DNA of 57,889 bases, the filler included, from Sphacelaria rigidula (Eukaryota), in assembly GCA_964200075.2 (NCBI GenBank). It is 5 parts of 5 records of this genome, joined end to end, with 100 filler letters (N's around TTAATTAATTAA, not from the genome) between each part and the next. Parts side by side here need not be neighbours in the genome. Positions count along the whole stretch, not along the records: positions 23,198 to 34,695 come from CAXNAA020004862.1; positions 34,796 to 46,292 come from CAXNAA020004863.1; 3 more parts are not named here. The stretch is one strand, 5' to 3'. Position numbers and translations under genes: made by a program. Shown here one piece after another: positions 27,027 to 38,298 of this stretch (positions are counted from its first letter, which is position 1; each line of letters starts with the position of its first letter). Below the pieces are notes generated by a model. That model saw nothing but the letters and a program-made list of their open reading frames with translations. It was not told the origin of the DNA and did no database searches.

Positions 27027-29609
27027 AATAGAGTGTTTCCCCATGACGGGGACTGCAATCGAAGCATCATGCGATGTGGGTGGCAACCGTTTCGCGAATT
27101 GAGAAGATGAACGCTAGTTACGGTCGAATCGTAATTGGCCGTTAAACAACGATACGCCTGCTCTGGTCAAAGTAATATCCTGTTTGTACTGTGCTTGATG
27201 TAAAGAGAAGAGGTTGAACTTGATTCCATCGCGCACATACACGTTAGTAAGCTTGATACAAAAACTAGTGCGCTCAGCCCCGTCATTGGATCCCATGCAA
27301 AATTTGAGGTTGGGGCTACCGACCGCTCTTACTGGAAGTACTGTACCATCTCCTAAAATCATATTTTCGTTGCCATGAGGAGGAACTCGCACATCAAACA
27401 GCTCATCCATATTCCTAGTCGTATGGTGCGATGCCCCTGTGTCCGATATCCACTCTTCCAAATCATAACCTGTACCCGATACCTCCCCACGATGCATCAT
27501 AGCATACCCCTGCAAATCAACATTCCTAAGCCGAAACCGAGACGCGCCTTCCTTTTGACATGGAGAATACCATGTATGCTCATGGATATTACGAAGTATA
27601 CGTATCAGGAGGCGGAGCAGATGTGGCTGGGGGGGCTGCAGGCTGCTGGTGGTGCTGCTGTTGGTCTTGAGGTGGAGCTGCGGTTTGGCGTTGTTGATGC
27701 TGGCTGTTGTACGGGTTAGGATAGTAATAGTGGTGCTGCTGGCCCGGCGGGTGGTACTGTTGAAAATGTTGTTGTTGGGGGTGGTCTGTTGTTGGGGGAT
27801 GTTGATGTCGGTAGGTGGAGTGCTGTGGGTAATTGTCTGTTGGTGGAGAGGAGTGGTGGGTGTCTTGTGGTGCGGGGTATGCAGTAGGCTGGTGGTGCTG
27901 CTGATATTGGGGCAGTGTTCGATGTGACGATGGTTCATGACTTTGTACGTAATGAGCATATCCAACGCCGTTGAAACCATTCCTGCCCGTTGGGGTGAAA
28001 TCTTCGTCAGTAGTCGGGGGCCCACTCCACTGTACAAGGTTTGCACGCGAGTGAGTCTCCCTCGAATTTCGGGAGTCGTTGAAATGTTGAGGGTTATTGT
28101 TGCGGCGATAGTTGTTGGCGTAGTGGGAGTTGTTGGCCTGAGTATGGGTGTCCGAGTTATGGTTATCTGGGGGTGGTTTCCCCCGTAATGAGGGACACGC
28201 CGCTCAGGGTTAGGATATCGATTGCCCTGTCGGCGATCAACATGACTCCGCCCGTCGCCTCGTGTGGGGTAACCTACACCTCGATCACGGCATATATTTC
28301 AATTGCGGACATTGCGTGGTGAGGGTTGAGTGGTTGGATTCGGGGCGGTTGGACTGTGGTTGTGGTTATTGTGTGGGTCATGTGGAGATGTGAAATGTGA
28401 GCAGGAGTGAGGCCTTGGCGACGGTTCATGGTCAAAGTGCTGGTGTGTGGTGGAATTCCCACTGCGGTCAGAGCCACACTCTCGGCAGTGGTGGTTTCGC
28501 CTGTCCCCCCTGCCTCCGCGTCGCCTTCCCGATACGTCACTGTGCGATACATCCTGAGCTATGACAGACAAGGCATGGTTAGTCGGAGAGTCTATCCTAC
28601 TCCTCGACAGTTCCAACTCTGCATAGGCAGTTTTCACCGTGCGGTGTAGGGTCTCTGTGTCGATATCTGGCATGGCGAGAAGGATTCCCCCCTGAATTTG
28701 GTACGCTGATGACAGCCTGCGTGCGTAATGCCTGTTGGCATCAGACTCCGAAATTACGTGACCAAAATGATGTCGTTTCTGGCGGATCCAATTCGCCCTG
28801 TTCAGAAACACCAAAGGGCTTTCGCCCGGGGACATCTGTAGGCATGACCATTCCTGCTCAAGACGCGCCTTCTCAGTGGTGGGCGAAACATTATAGTACT
28901 GGACAAAATAATCCCAAGACTCACTAGGCGAACCAAGCATCGCAAAGTTTTCTACCATTACGGAAGATGTGATTGTTTTGAGGAGTATATCATGAGCCCG
29001 CTGAGCTTTCTCTACTGCCCTGAACCCATGCTGCGCTACCAACTCTTCTTCTGATCCATGAAATACGCGGATGGGGTCCTGAACAAACAGAGCATCATAA
29101 CATTTCTCGGCACGAAAATATCCGATCATCTGCACTTGAAACACACGAAACTTGGACTCAAATGTTTTCCCTGCTTTTACTGAACCGTCCCATGGGTGAA
29201 CACTCGTATTGTTGCGTACTCTTACAAAGTTCGGCGGGGCACGTTGTCCTCCCGTGAAGTTATCGCTTCGGAACTCTTGAAAACAACGTGGGTTGCTCCT
29301 GGTCGCGGTGTGCTGTACGCAACGTGGGATTACCTTGTGCGCCTGCGCCCAAGTGCATACTCCTATCTCTTTCGTACTCTGCAATAGCATCGCGTTTTGC
29401 GGCCTTGATCAGCTCTGCCTGTTTTTCTTCCATGATACGTAGTTTTTCGGTCTGCTCTACCTCCATACGCCGGAGCTTTTCCGGTAACTCTTCAGTACTG
29501 TACTTCATGTTAGCCATGGGTCGACTTTTATTATCTATTACTGTTACTTGTTGTTGAACTGTTTGTCTCAAAGTGTTCTTGACCTCTCACTTGTTGACTC
29601 CCTTCCTCG

Positions 29610-29910
29610 TTGACTCAAGCGCTATCGAATGCTGCTCTATTGCTCAAACTGTAACAAACGCTATCTGGGTAACTTGTTTCGAAGGCTCAAGCGCTATGAA
29701 GTGCTGCTGAATTTTGCCTCTGGCTGTAACGAACGCTAACTGGGTGACTCTCTTTGAAGGCTCAAGCGCTATAAAGTGCTGCTGGATTTCGCCTCTGGCT
29801 GTAAGAAGCGCTAACTGCCTGACTCTCTTTGAAGGCTTAAGTGCTAACTAGTGCTGCTGTATCTTACCTCGAGCTGGCTCAAGCGCTATCAAGTGCTACT
29901 GAGTATTGCT
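29610..29910. repeat. ~75-bp tandem repeats in the Copia 5' UTR
   Basis: ctcaagcgctat..agtgctgct recurs 4-5 times. Confidence 0.75.
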
Positions 29911-30324
29911 CAAACTCGCTTCTTACTTGCTATTCCGGCTGCTGTCTACCCGTTTCAAAATCGCTAGCGTATTTGATAAAGAGACTATCCCGTAGGGGAC
30001 GCGCTCTGGACAGGAGAATGCGTATACCTTCTTCTTGCGTTAACCTCTTATGACCTTCACTCCCCAAACATCAATCGTGCAAGCTTCACCTGAGCTGCTT
30101 TCTCCACCCGAAATGCAATGCCTCAAATGCACCCCAAAACACAACTGACCACGGTAGGTAGGACTGCAAGGCGGGTTCCCCCAATTATTCCACACCCAGT
30201 CATAACATAATCCGTCAACGTACACAATCCGATACCCATGATACTTCGTCAATCTGCACCGCATGTACCCGGATTAATCCAAGTACACATGCACTACTGT
30301 TCAGCTCGACGATAGTCAATTACA

Positions 30325-31975
30325 GTGCTCCACAACAGCTTTTTGATAGTATCGGCACTAGCTCAGCAGAGGAAGTGACTACAGCGAGCGATATCCGAAC
30401 AAGGTATTGCAGTCGTGAGCATGCTGTACACGATCGATGATACTACGTGCACCCCAATCGCTGGGTGAAGCAAACACATTCGCTTGACGAGAAAAAGGGA
30501 AGCAATCGGAGCACGCGATTCTTTTTCCGTTTAGGAAATTCTGTTTCTCGCGCGAAACCAAGTGCAGCGCGATCGTGCTGCTGTTGCACGCGGTAACAGC
30601 GCTAGGCAACAAGTTGTCGATAGCATCGCAGACGTAGTGACTGGAGCGAGTCAAAACAAAGCATCACATTGCAGTCGGCGACGGCCAATGCTACGATAGG
30701 GGTTGCACTTTTTGTTTCTGGGTCTCGTTTTTGTAGGAGCCCAAATATATGAGGCTTACTGTGCAATTCAGATCTCCGGGGACAGGACATGGAGATGCAC
30801 ACAGGGGCCTTTTCGTGAATCGGCATCGTTTTCAGTCTTTTTCAAGTGAAAATGATGCCGATTTTCGAAATGATGCTTGCAACACCCCGAGAAACATTTT
30901 CGCTCAAAAAGTGCAATCCTACCGAAGCATCACTCCGGCATACTGTACAGGATCAATGGTCCATGCGTGTGCTGAGTCGCTGAGGGAGAAAAATGAAGCG
31001 ATCGGTGAGCGCAATGCTTCTGCCGTTTAGATTTCATCTCGACGCGGTGTGTAATGCGTGAGAGGACCGTGTGCTTAGAGGACCGCGCCGTAGTTAAAAA
31101 CACCTCAGGATCGATGTTCTTCAAACCCAATTGAGCCAGCCCCTGCAGGTACCACGCCCCTGACCATAACCCCAACACTAACCCTGACCCTAACCCTAAC
31201 CCTAACCATGGGGATGTTCAAATTCCGATGCGGTCCTTTAGACTAAGCACGCGGTCCTCTCACGCATTACACGGTGATCGAAGCACAGATAGCTGGTGCT
31301 GCTGTTGCACGCGGTCACAGTGTTCGACAACAGCTTTTTGATAGTATCGGCACTAGCTCAGCAGAGGAAGTGACTACAGCGAGCGATATCCGAACAAGGT
31401 ATTGCAGTCGTGAGCATGCTGTACACAGTCGATGATACTACGTGCACCCCAATCGCTGGGTGAAGCAAACACATTCGCTTGACGAGAAAAAGGGAAGCAA
31501 TCGGAGCACGCGATGCTTTTTCCGTTTAGGAAATTCTGTTTCTCGCGCGAAACCAAGTGCAGCGCGATCGTGCTGCTGTTGCACGCGGTAAAAATGAAGC
31601 GATCGGTGAGCGCGATGCTTCTGCCGTTTGGATTTCATCTCGACGCGGTGAACGAAGCACAGGTCGCTGGTGCTGCTGTTGCACGCGATCACAGTACTCG
31701 ATAACAGCTTTTTGATAGTATCGGCACTAGCTCAGCAGAGGAAGTAACTACAGCGAGCGATATCCGAGCAACGTATTGCAGTAGGTAGCACGCCGTACAC
31801 GATCGATGACGCTACGTGCACCCCAATTGCTGGGTGAAGCAAACACATTCGCTGGACGAGCAAAACAAAGAAGCGATTGGAGGCCGCGAATGTTTCTTCC
31901 GTTTTGAAAATTCTACTCGTCGTGCGAAACGAGGTGCAGCGCGATCCTGCTGCTATTGCGCGCGGTAACAGCGTA
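30325..31975. repeat. ~374-bp unit repeated three times, with insertions in the first unit
   Basis: acagctttttgatagtatcggcactagctcagcagaggaagt occurs at about 30335, 31330 and 31704. An inverted diverged copy lies at about 18290-18450. Confidence 0.88.
31050..31271. mobile_element. 222-bp TIR mini-element (TGTAATGCG...CGCATTACA, 5-bp TSD CGGTG) carrying CCCTAA repeats
   Basis: ~30-bp TIRs; CGGTG at 31045-31049 and 31272-31276. The empty site gacg-cggtg-aacgaagcac is present in the sister repeat at about 31642. Confidence 0.88.
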
Positions 31976-32667
31976 AAGTGCCGAAGACGTGTGTTGGCGA
32001 TTTCCCCTGTTTGTGGGTCAAAAAGTGGCTCAAACGTCCCATAAGTGAACATTCTGTGGGTCAGAAATCTGTGTGCCATAACATCCGGCCTATAACTGTC
32101 GCAGATTTGGGGGGGGGGGAGATGGTTTTCCTTGGTGTAACTGTTTCGTGCCATTCCTGCAAAAAGATATGCCGCTTGAACCCCATTTCAGTGTCCAACC
32201 CCACAAATATTAGAATCGGCTGTTACTCAGTGAGATCTTTGCGAAACTCCTCCCGACAAAGATACTGTGACATACCGAAGACAAAAGTAAAATTCTTCTA
32301 TAGGAGCAGGTTTATCTGCAACACTGTGATGAACCTCTCCTTTCACTACAAGAATTTACCCCCAGGTACAGGCGTTGTGCCCCAAACGGCTCAAGACCCA
32401 TGCAGTATACATGAGGATGGCGTCGTCGTGAATTATACTTTGAATAATTTGCCAAAGCAGCAAAATTTGAGGACTCGTTTGAAATAAGGCGAAGAGCTAA
32501 GTCATGGGACATGTCCTGCTTCACTGTACTCTACTGCAGCACAAACATACTCACGCCCTCTCTCATGTGCCGCAGCTATCACTGTTCTGTGGTGTAATCA
32601 GACCTTGCGAAAACGGTTTGGTCTCCGCTGGGATTTCGGCTGTGTAGAAAATACTGTCAGTCGGCAC

Positions 32668-34400
32668 TGTGACGCCAGCAGGTTGCTAGTACTGCAGCGT
32701 CTAATGCTCTTGAGGGACTCCCCAGTTCCACTGGCCTCAGTTCTCAGTTTTCAGCCTTTACAACACCTTCTATTATCCTCGAGTGCCACACAGGCACATG
32801 CTCCATGAACCACATCAGGGTATCACCCCTGTGTCCATGTCATCATCCATATCATCATTACAGATTCCAAGTCATCATCCAATCATCACTACATACTCAA
32901 CGTGACGGCGTGATTTCGTCACAGCACCCCCAAGGCGCGTTGGACGAGAATTGAGCAACAAGCTTGCAACTCAGAAAAATAATGTCAAAATGATTGAGCA
33001 AGTCACAACTGAATACCAAACTGACGCGTAATGCGAGCAGCAATGGAACGAGTCATTCGCACCCTACGCAACTCCTTTTTGAGAAATTCCGGACCGGCCT
33101 CAAAAATATTTTTAAGGCTCCCGCGTACGCTCCTCGATTTCAAAACCTACCCAGTCGACCAACACGATCAACGAACGATCCTCTGCCTCTGCCACGCGAA
33201 CAACCCCAGCTATCTGAAATTGCCCTTGGTTGAAAGCGTGCTGAAGCACATCCTTCACGTCTGCCGTTAAATTGAGCTGTGAGTCTGCATAAAAACGCAG
33301 ACGAGCTACATGGGCGATCTGAACACGATCCGAAGCAATGTTTCGGATCTCAAAGACATGCGGGTGATGAGCACCAACNNNNNNNNNNCCCCAATACACT
33401 TTTGCATCCCACGGTGCACCAACCACTCTCCACGGACCAGTTCACGTCGCCATTAATTCAGGCGTAACTCCCGGGCGACGCACGCGTCCATACAAAACAT
33501 AACCGCCTACCTCGAAATTCGGCAATTCCAACCCCGACGTAGACCCCTCATGTCTACGCGCACGTTCAGCGGCAACACGCTCCTGCACTTGAATGTGGAA
33601 ACTTTCCTGCAAATCCAAAACTCCTTGCAACGCACGCTTCAGTTGCGCATCGTCTAAGACATCACAGTTTCACTCCCCCGCCGATGAGGACGCCATCACT
33701 GAGAAAGACGTCCGAGGTGCACGACCAAACATCACGTGATACGGCGACATGCTGTATTTAGCGCCCATTGCACAGCGGGCGAGACGTCCACCCACTCGGT
33801 CACCTCTCGACGCTGCTCGAGAAAAATACATCAAAGAGCACGAACTACTTTCTTGACCATGCGTTCGCACGTACCGTTAGACCACGGAAAACACGCTACC
33901 GCCAACTGATGATCAACACGCAAAGCCTCTCGCAATCGGGCCAAAATCGCATTGTTGAAATGCGTGGCGATATCACTCACCCACACACGGGGCACCCCCA
34001 AAAGTTTGCACCAATTCAGCGAAGACGCAGCAGTCGATTCAACAGTACACCCTGCTATTGGTTCCAGAGCCGCAAAGTTGCTCATATCATCCATGATTAC
34101 CAAAATGTATCGGAACACAGCATCCTCCGACAAACCTTGGGAAGCTCGCGGGCCACTCTCGCCCACGTACAAGAAGTCGAAATGAACGACTTCATTCGGC
34201 GTGGTCCCATGGACCGTTTCACCGAGCGGGTGGGGAACAACACCACCCACCCTTGAATCAGCACAGTGAAGACACTGTCGGGCAAACTCACGCACTTGAG
34301 TTTCCATTCTCTGCCAAACACAAAACTCCTGCAAGCGCACGAGCGTCGCAGCCACACTGCAATGCCCGGCTGCGCGCATGTGCGCACAAATCATCAAACA
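32668..34400 (-). mobile_element. Degenerate Ty3/Gypsy integrase with C-terminal chromodomain, plus putative 3' LTR
   Basis: HHCC zinc finger (HMRAAGH...CLHC), rve (VHFDFLY, VPRVWVSD, WSNGTCERM), SPYHVMFGRAP, GPW, HVARLRFY, and chromodomain-like LVDWVGFEIEERTREP. A G-rich tract precedes TGTGACG at 32923; a matching inverted 7-mer at 32668 suggests a 256-bp LTR (tentative). Confidence 0.9.
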
Positions 34401-34795
34401 ACAGGAGATTCTATAACATGATGTTGATCAATGAAGTGAGGTTCGAGGAGGCTAGCCAGTATGCGACAAAAACCCGAGGGAAGTACCGTCCGCAAGTGCC
34501 GTCGATCATTTTCGGGGGGGTGGGGCGTATTCATTTGTTGCCTGCCAGGGTCGTGTGACCATCAACCACGCCCCGTCTCGAAAGGTCAATAGTCAAACGA
34601 CTAAGGCAAGCGACAAATGAGTACGCCCCCCCACCCCCCCACCCCCCGCCGAATACCACAACACTCGCAACAACACAACCCCCAAGCGCGCCCACNNNNN
34701 NNNNNNNNNNNNNNNNNNNNNNNNNNNNNNNNNNNNNNNTTAATTAATTAANNNNNNNNNNNNNNNNNNNNNNNNNNNNNNNNNNNNNNNNNNNN

Positions 34796-35310
34796 CCACC
34801 TAATGCGCACCCTGCACCTGAAAATAGACTAGATGAAACTTTCGGTCTTCGTCATAACCCTGCGGTTACATACGCAGATTTTCAGCAACATGTCACTGTT
34901 TCGTGTAGACACCATACACGCCATTCCTGACCAGCCTCATTGGTCGTTCTGGACGCCCGGTCCCAAAAGGGTTAAGCAATATTACCCACAAGAACGAACA
35001 CCGGCACCCGAGTTTGATCGACTCGCCGAATATTTCCTAGGAAAAACATCACCCTTGCCTAAGGTTGATCGTCCAGAAGTAACGAAACCGAAAATTGAAC
35101 GTCACGTTGACAACGTGGTGGGCCACAGACGAGGCCCGAGAAGAAAGAGCCGTCACATTTACAAGTACCGTCTCCGCCTCTACGGTCTATCAGCAGATTT
35201 AGAGTATCGAGCGGAGGAGATACCAGAGTAACGGTGTCAATTCATAAACGCGTATCGAATCAAGCACAAGTTCAGTAATACGCGCTCACCTGATCCGTAC
35301 AACAAATGAA
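34796..35310 (+). mobile_element. Remnant of a Gypsy integrase C-terminus with chromodomain-like segment
   Basis: RVKQYY...VDNVVGHRRG...YKYRLRLYGL...EYRAEEIPE fits a chromodomain pattern. Confidence 0.55.
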
Positions 35311-36092
35311 AAAATAAATTAAAATAAATAAGGGAGGGTAAAAAATATTTTTTCAGGGTTAGGCATCGGCGAGAGGGCAGGTACCAGCCGGAGTTAACGG
35401 AATGGAAGTACCAGCGATAACCGTCGACTCTGTCTAAGTCCTACCTAAAATTAGTCGGAGATTCATCCGACGATGACATTCAATCAGTCTTACCTCGTTC
35501 TATTGATCTGAGGAGCGCCGACGGCTCGCCAATCAAATAATCGGATTTATTCGCTCTGACCTTCCGCTGGGTGACATAACTATGGCTGTCGAAGTGCTTG
35601 TCCTGAGAGATCTCGGTCCGAATGGCATGCCGATATAAAATTCAGTAATAAGCGCCTTTGGGAGTATTCTCGATTGGGAAGCAGAAAATTTGACGTTCCT
35701 CCTATCTGCCGGGTGGGCGGAATGGCCAGAATCCTATTCCTTCTTGCACCCTTGTAGGGCCGTATTATCTTGCTACTTTTTTCGGACTGATTACATGCGC
35801 TTACTACGGAGATGAGACTCTGTTCCTCGGAAGGTTCTTTGTATCCTTCCCCTTCCCTTGACACCGTCCTTTTGTGTCGAAACCCATCATCCGGCTATCA
35901 TGGGATGTGAAAGTACTGCACTATAAAGTCTCTCTTGCACTCTTCGTCCTGTTAGTATTGGGATGGAATGAGGTCTCCAGTCCCGTCGGCGCCCTCCGGC
36001 TCACCCATACTCTTCGGATCGTGCGTGTTCATGCCGGTGCCTCTCGTTGGTGTGTTAGTGAGAGTAACCGACCTTAAGCTAACAAGCTGCAC

Positions 36093-38150
36093 TCAGCATC
36101 CCAGCATTGCGAACTGCCACATGCATCCCCGCGTGTCCCGTGTCAGCTGACCCTCTCGAAGCCTCCTCATGCTACGTAAAAGAAACCAACTTCCGCCGGG
36201 TCGAGGCTTGCTACGAAGGTATTGGTATCCGCGTAATCTGCTTCGGCGACTTTCCTGTGTCTTATCCCCCTGCTGCTCCGGTCGCGCCGTTTGCCCAATA
36301 TATCGACGCTCAACCCGGCTGGACTTCCATCCTATCTGCGCCATGACCGTCGCAATATCCTGGCCCGCTATGGTGCGCGCTACCGCCGCCCCCACCCGGA
36401 ATGACTGCATCGTAAAATTTCTATCCCCCAAACCCGCCCGCTGGGCATGCTTCTGCAGCCGAGCCGTCATAGCGCGCGGCGCCATCGCGGTATCACACGT
36501 TGCCAGCGCCGAATATCACCTGTCATACGCATCTCGGGAAAAAGGAAACCCTGGCTTCCCTGCCAGCCGCATGATTTCATGGCCTGCATATATTCTTGTA
36601 GCACCGCCAGTGCACGTGTGTCCGATATATCCCCATCTGGGGTCACGTGGCATACATGCCGCGAACCTTCCCACAGCGTTTTGGTGGAACGAAAGCTCAA
36701 GACGGTACCATGATCTTCGGGCAGCCGCAAAACACTGCTCGCCATCATATGCGTCGAATCTCCCCTTCTACCCGCCGTACGTGAAGCCACCGCGAACAAC
36801 GCAATATCCCTGACTAAAGCAATGGACTCCGTGGGGCGCTCAGTTCCTGCTAACTGTATTCTGATGGCTGCGACAATCGCGGCTAGATCCGGCCGCAGCA
36901 GCTGCTGCGCTTGCTTTGTGGCAACACCTGCTTTCTGCTGAGCTGCAGCCGAGAATGCCAAGTATTCCGTCACTGGTACACTCTTGACCGGACTACCTCG
37001 GTGGTCGGTGACGGACCAGTCGTCGCTGTTAGCGAGGATCTCTGTGTACGCAGAGCGCAGTTTCGATATGTACTGTTTGTGGAGTGAAGTATGTGCAGAC
37101 CGCTTCGCGCACCCGAGACCTAGATTCTTGCATTGTACCAAGCTGTCTGTGACGATCTGTGGGCATTGCGCAACGTGCACCAATTTCGTGCCCTTGCCCT
37201 GTGAGTCCTTATATGCCAGATAATCTACGAATTGCTCCGGCGTGGCATTTTCCCATCCCACGGCGCCGCCTGAACGCTGGCATATAAAACGGTCGAAATC
37301 ATCGGGTGCCTGTGCTATGCCCGTTGGGCTTGGCTGAAACATGGCCCCGCCCCCGCATGTTGTGATGCCCCCCCCGTGGTAGAGGGATGCCCCGCCCCGA
37401 AATCGGCCAGCGGGGCCACCCTGCCAACGGCCCCCATGTCCTCCTCCGTATCCTGGCCCTTGCCAGCGCCCTCTCTGGGGCCGGCCCCCTCCAGCAAAGT
37501 TGCCGGACGCTTTGTGGAGTAGCAGGCGCTGCCGTATCATTCTTTCATCCTTCTTGAGCACCTCTGTGGCTACCCCTTTCTTGTCGGGCATAACTAGCTG
37601 CGCGACACACTCAGTCACCAACTGCGGCGAGACTGCCATCTCTCCCGCGCGCGTGATCCAGTTCTACAATAGTGCACGCTCTGCTGTCGAACCACGCGCG
37701 TCCATCTGCTTTTCTGCCTTGCGCAGCCTTGCATCCAAATCGTGGAAACCAAACTGGCACTGGTTGTTCTCGTTGCGCATTACTTCCAGCACCTCGTTCA
37801 CCGCGTGTAAACACTGCAAGGACATCAGGCCATTATGGCGGTATCTCAGAAACACATACGATATAGACGCATGAAAATCTCCTTCTCTCGAATGCCCGCC
37901 ACGAGCCCCTCAAGATGGACTCGAGGCGCATCGAAGGGGGGGATGATGTGGAGGTCATCATTTGGTATTTGCGCAGAGATATCTCCCACGATGTGTGAAC
38001 CAGACAAAAGCAGTTACAGGTGCAGTCCTTACTGTAGACTGCTCGGGAGGCCCGAAACTCCCATATCTGTTCAGCCGACTCTGGAACCCGAGGGGACAGG
38101 GATCTCGCCGGAAAACTACCGTCAAGTTCCCTGAGGATCACATGAACTTT
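36093..38150 (-). mobile_element. Degenerate DIRS-type tyrosine-recombinase element: gag-like ORF joined to ALOG domain + YR catalytic domain
   Basis: ALOG-like segment WENATPEQFVDYLAYKDSQGKGTKLVHVAQCP...C.....CAKRSAHTSLHKQYISKLRSAY...GSPVKSVPVTEYL. YR motifs RDIALF...TAGRRGD, RSTKT, GFLFP, QSFRVGAA, GWKS...RRY. Frameshift near 36485; upstream ORF1 has stops and frameshifts. Confidence 0.88.
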
Positions 38151-38298
38151 TACATCTGCCCCTAACCGGTGGCCAGTGATTTAACAGCCTCAACACTCGA
38201 CTACGGTCAACTACTCGTTGCCCACATGACACGAGAAAAATCGTCGGCCACCATCGGCAGTTGCTACCGTCCACCATAGCTTTCACGACCTTCACAGC

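Larger units (their letters stand above)
23430..30320 (-). mobile_element. Degenerate Ty1/Copia LTR retrotransposon (gag-PR-IN-start of RT)
   Basis: Gag UBN2-like region (EKARLEQEWSCLQMSPGESPLVFLNRA, 28299-29571). Protease WISDTGASHH (~27440). GAG-pre-integrase YFHASLYHAH...CAGC and rve VHLDLTGP/RIDNGGEF/TAPDTPKQNAVAE (25410-26324). RT start PKTYAEA...*EDSMVRGFQGL (~23450-23560). The PR-IN-RT order is diagnostic of Copia. Several stops and frameshifts; no 3' LTR present. Confidence 0.93.

Noticed and set aside
30040..30330. Exact Copia 5' LTR and PBS boundaries
   Set aside because: No second LTR is available for comparison and no clear TG..CA pair was found, so the boundaries are left approximate.
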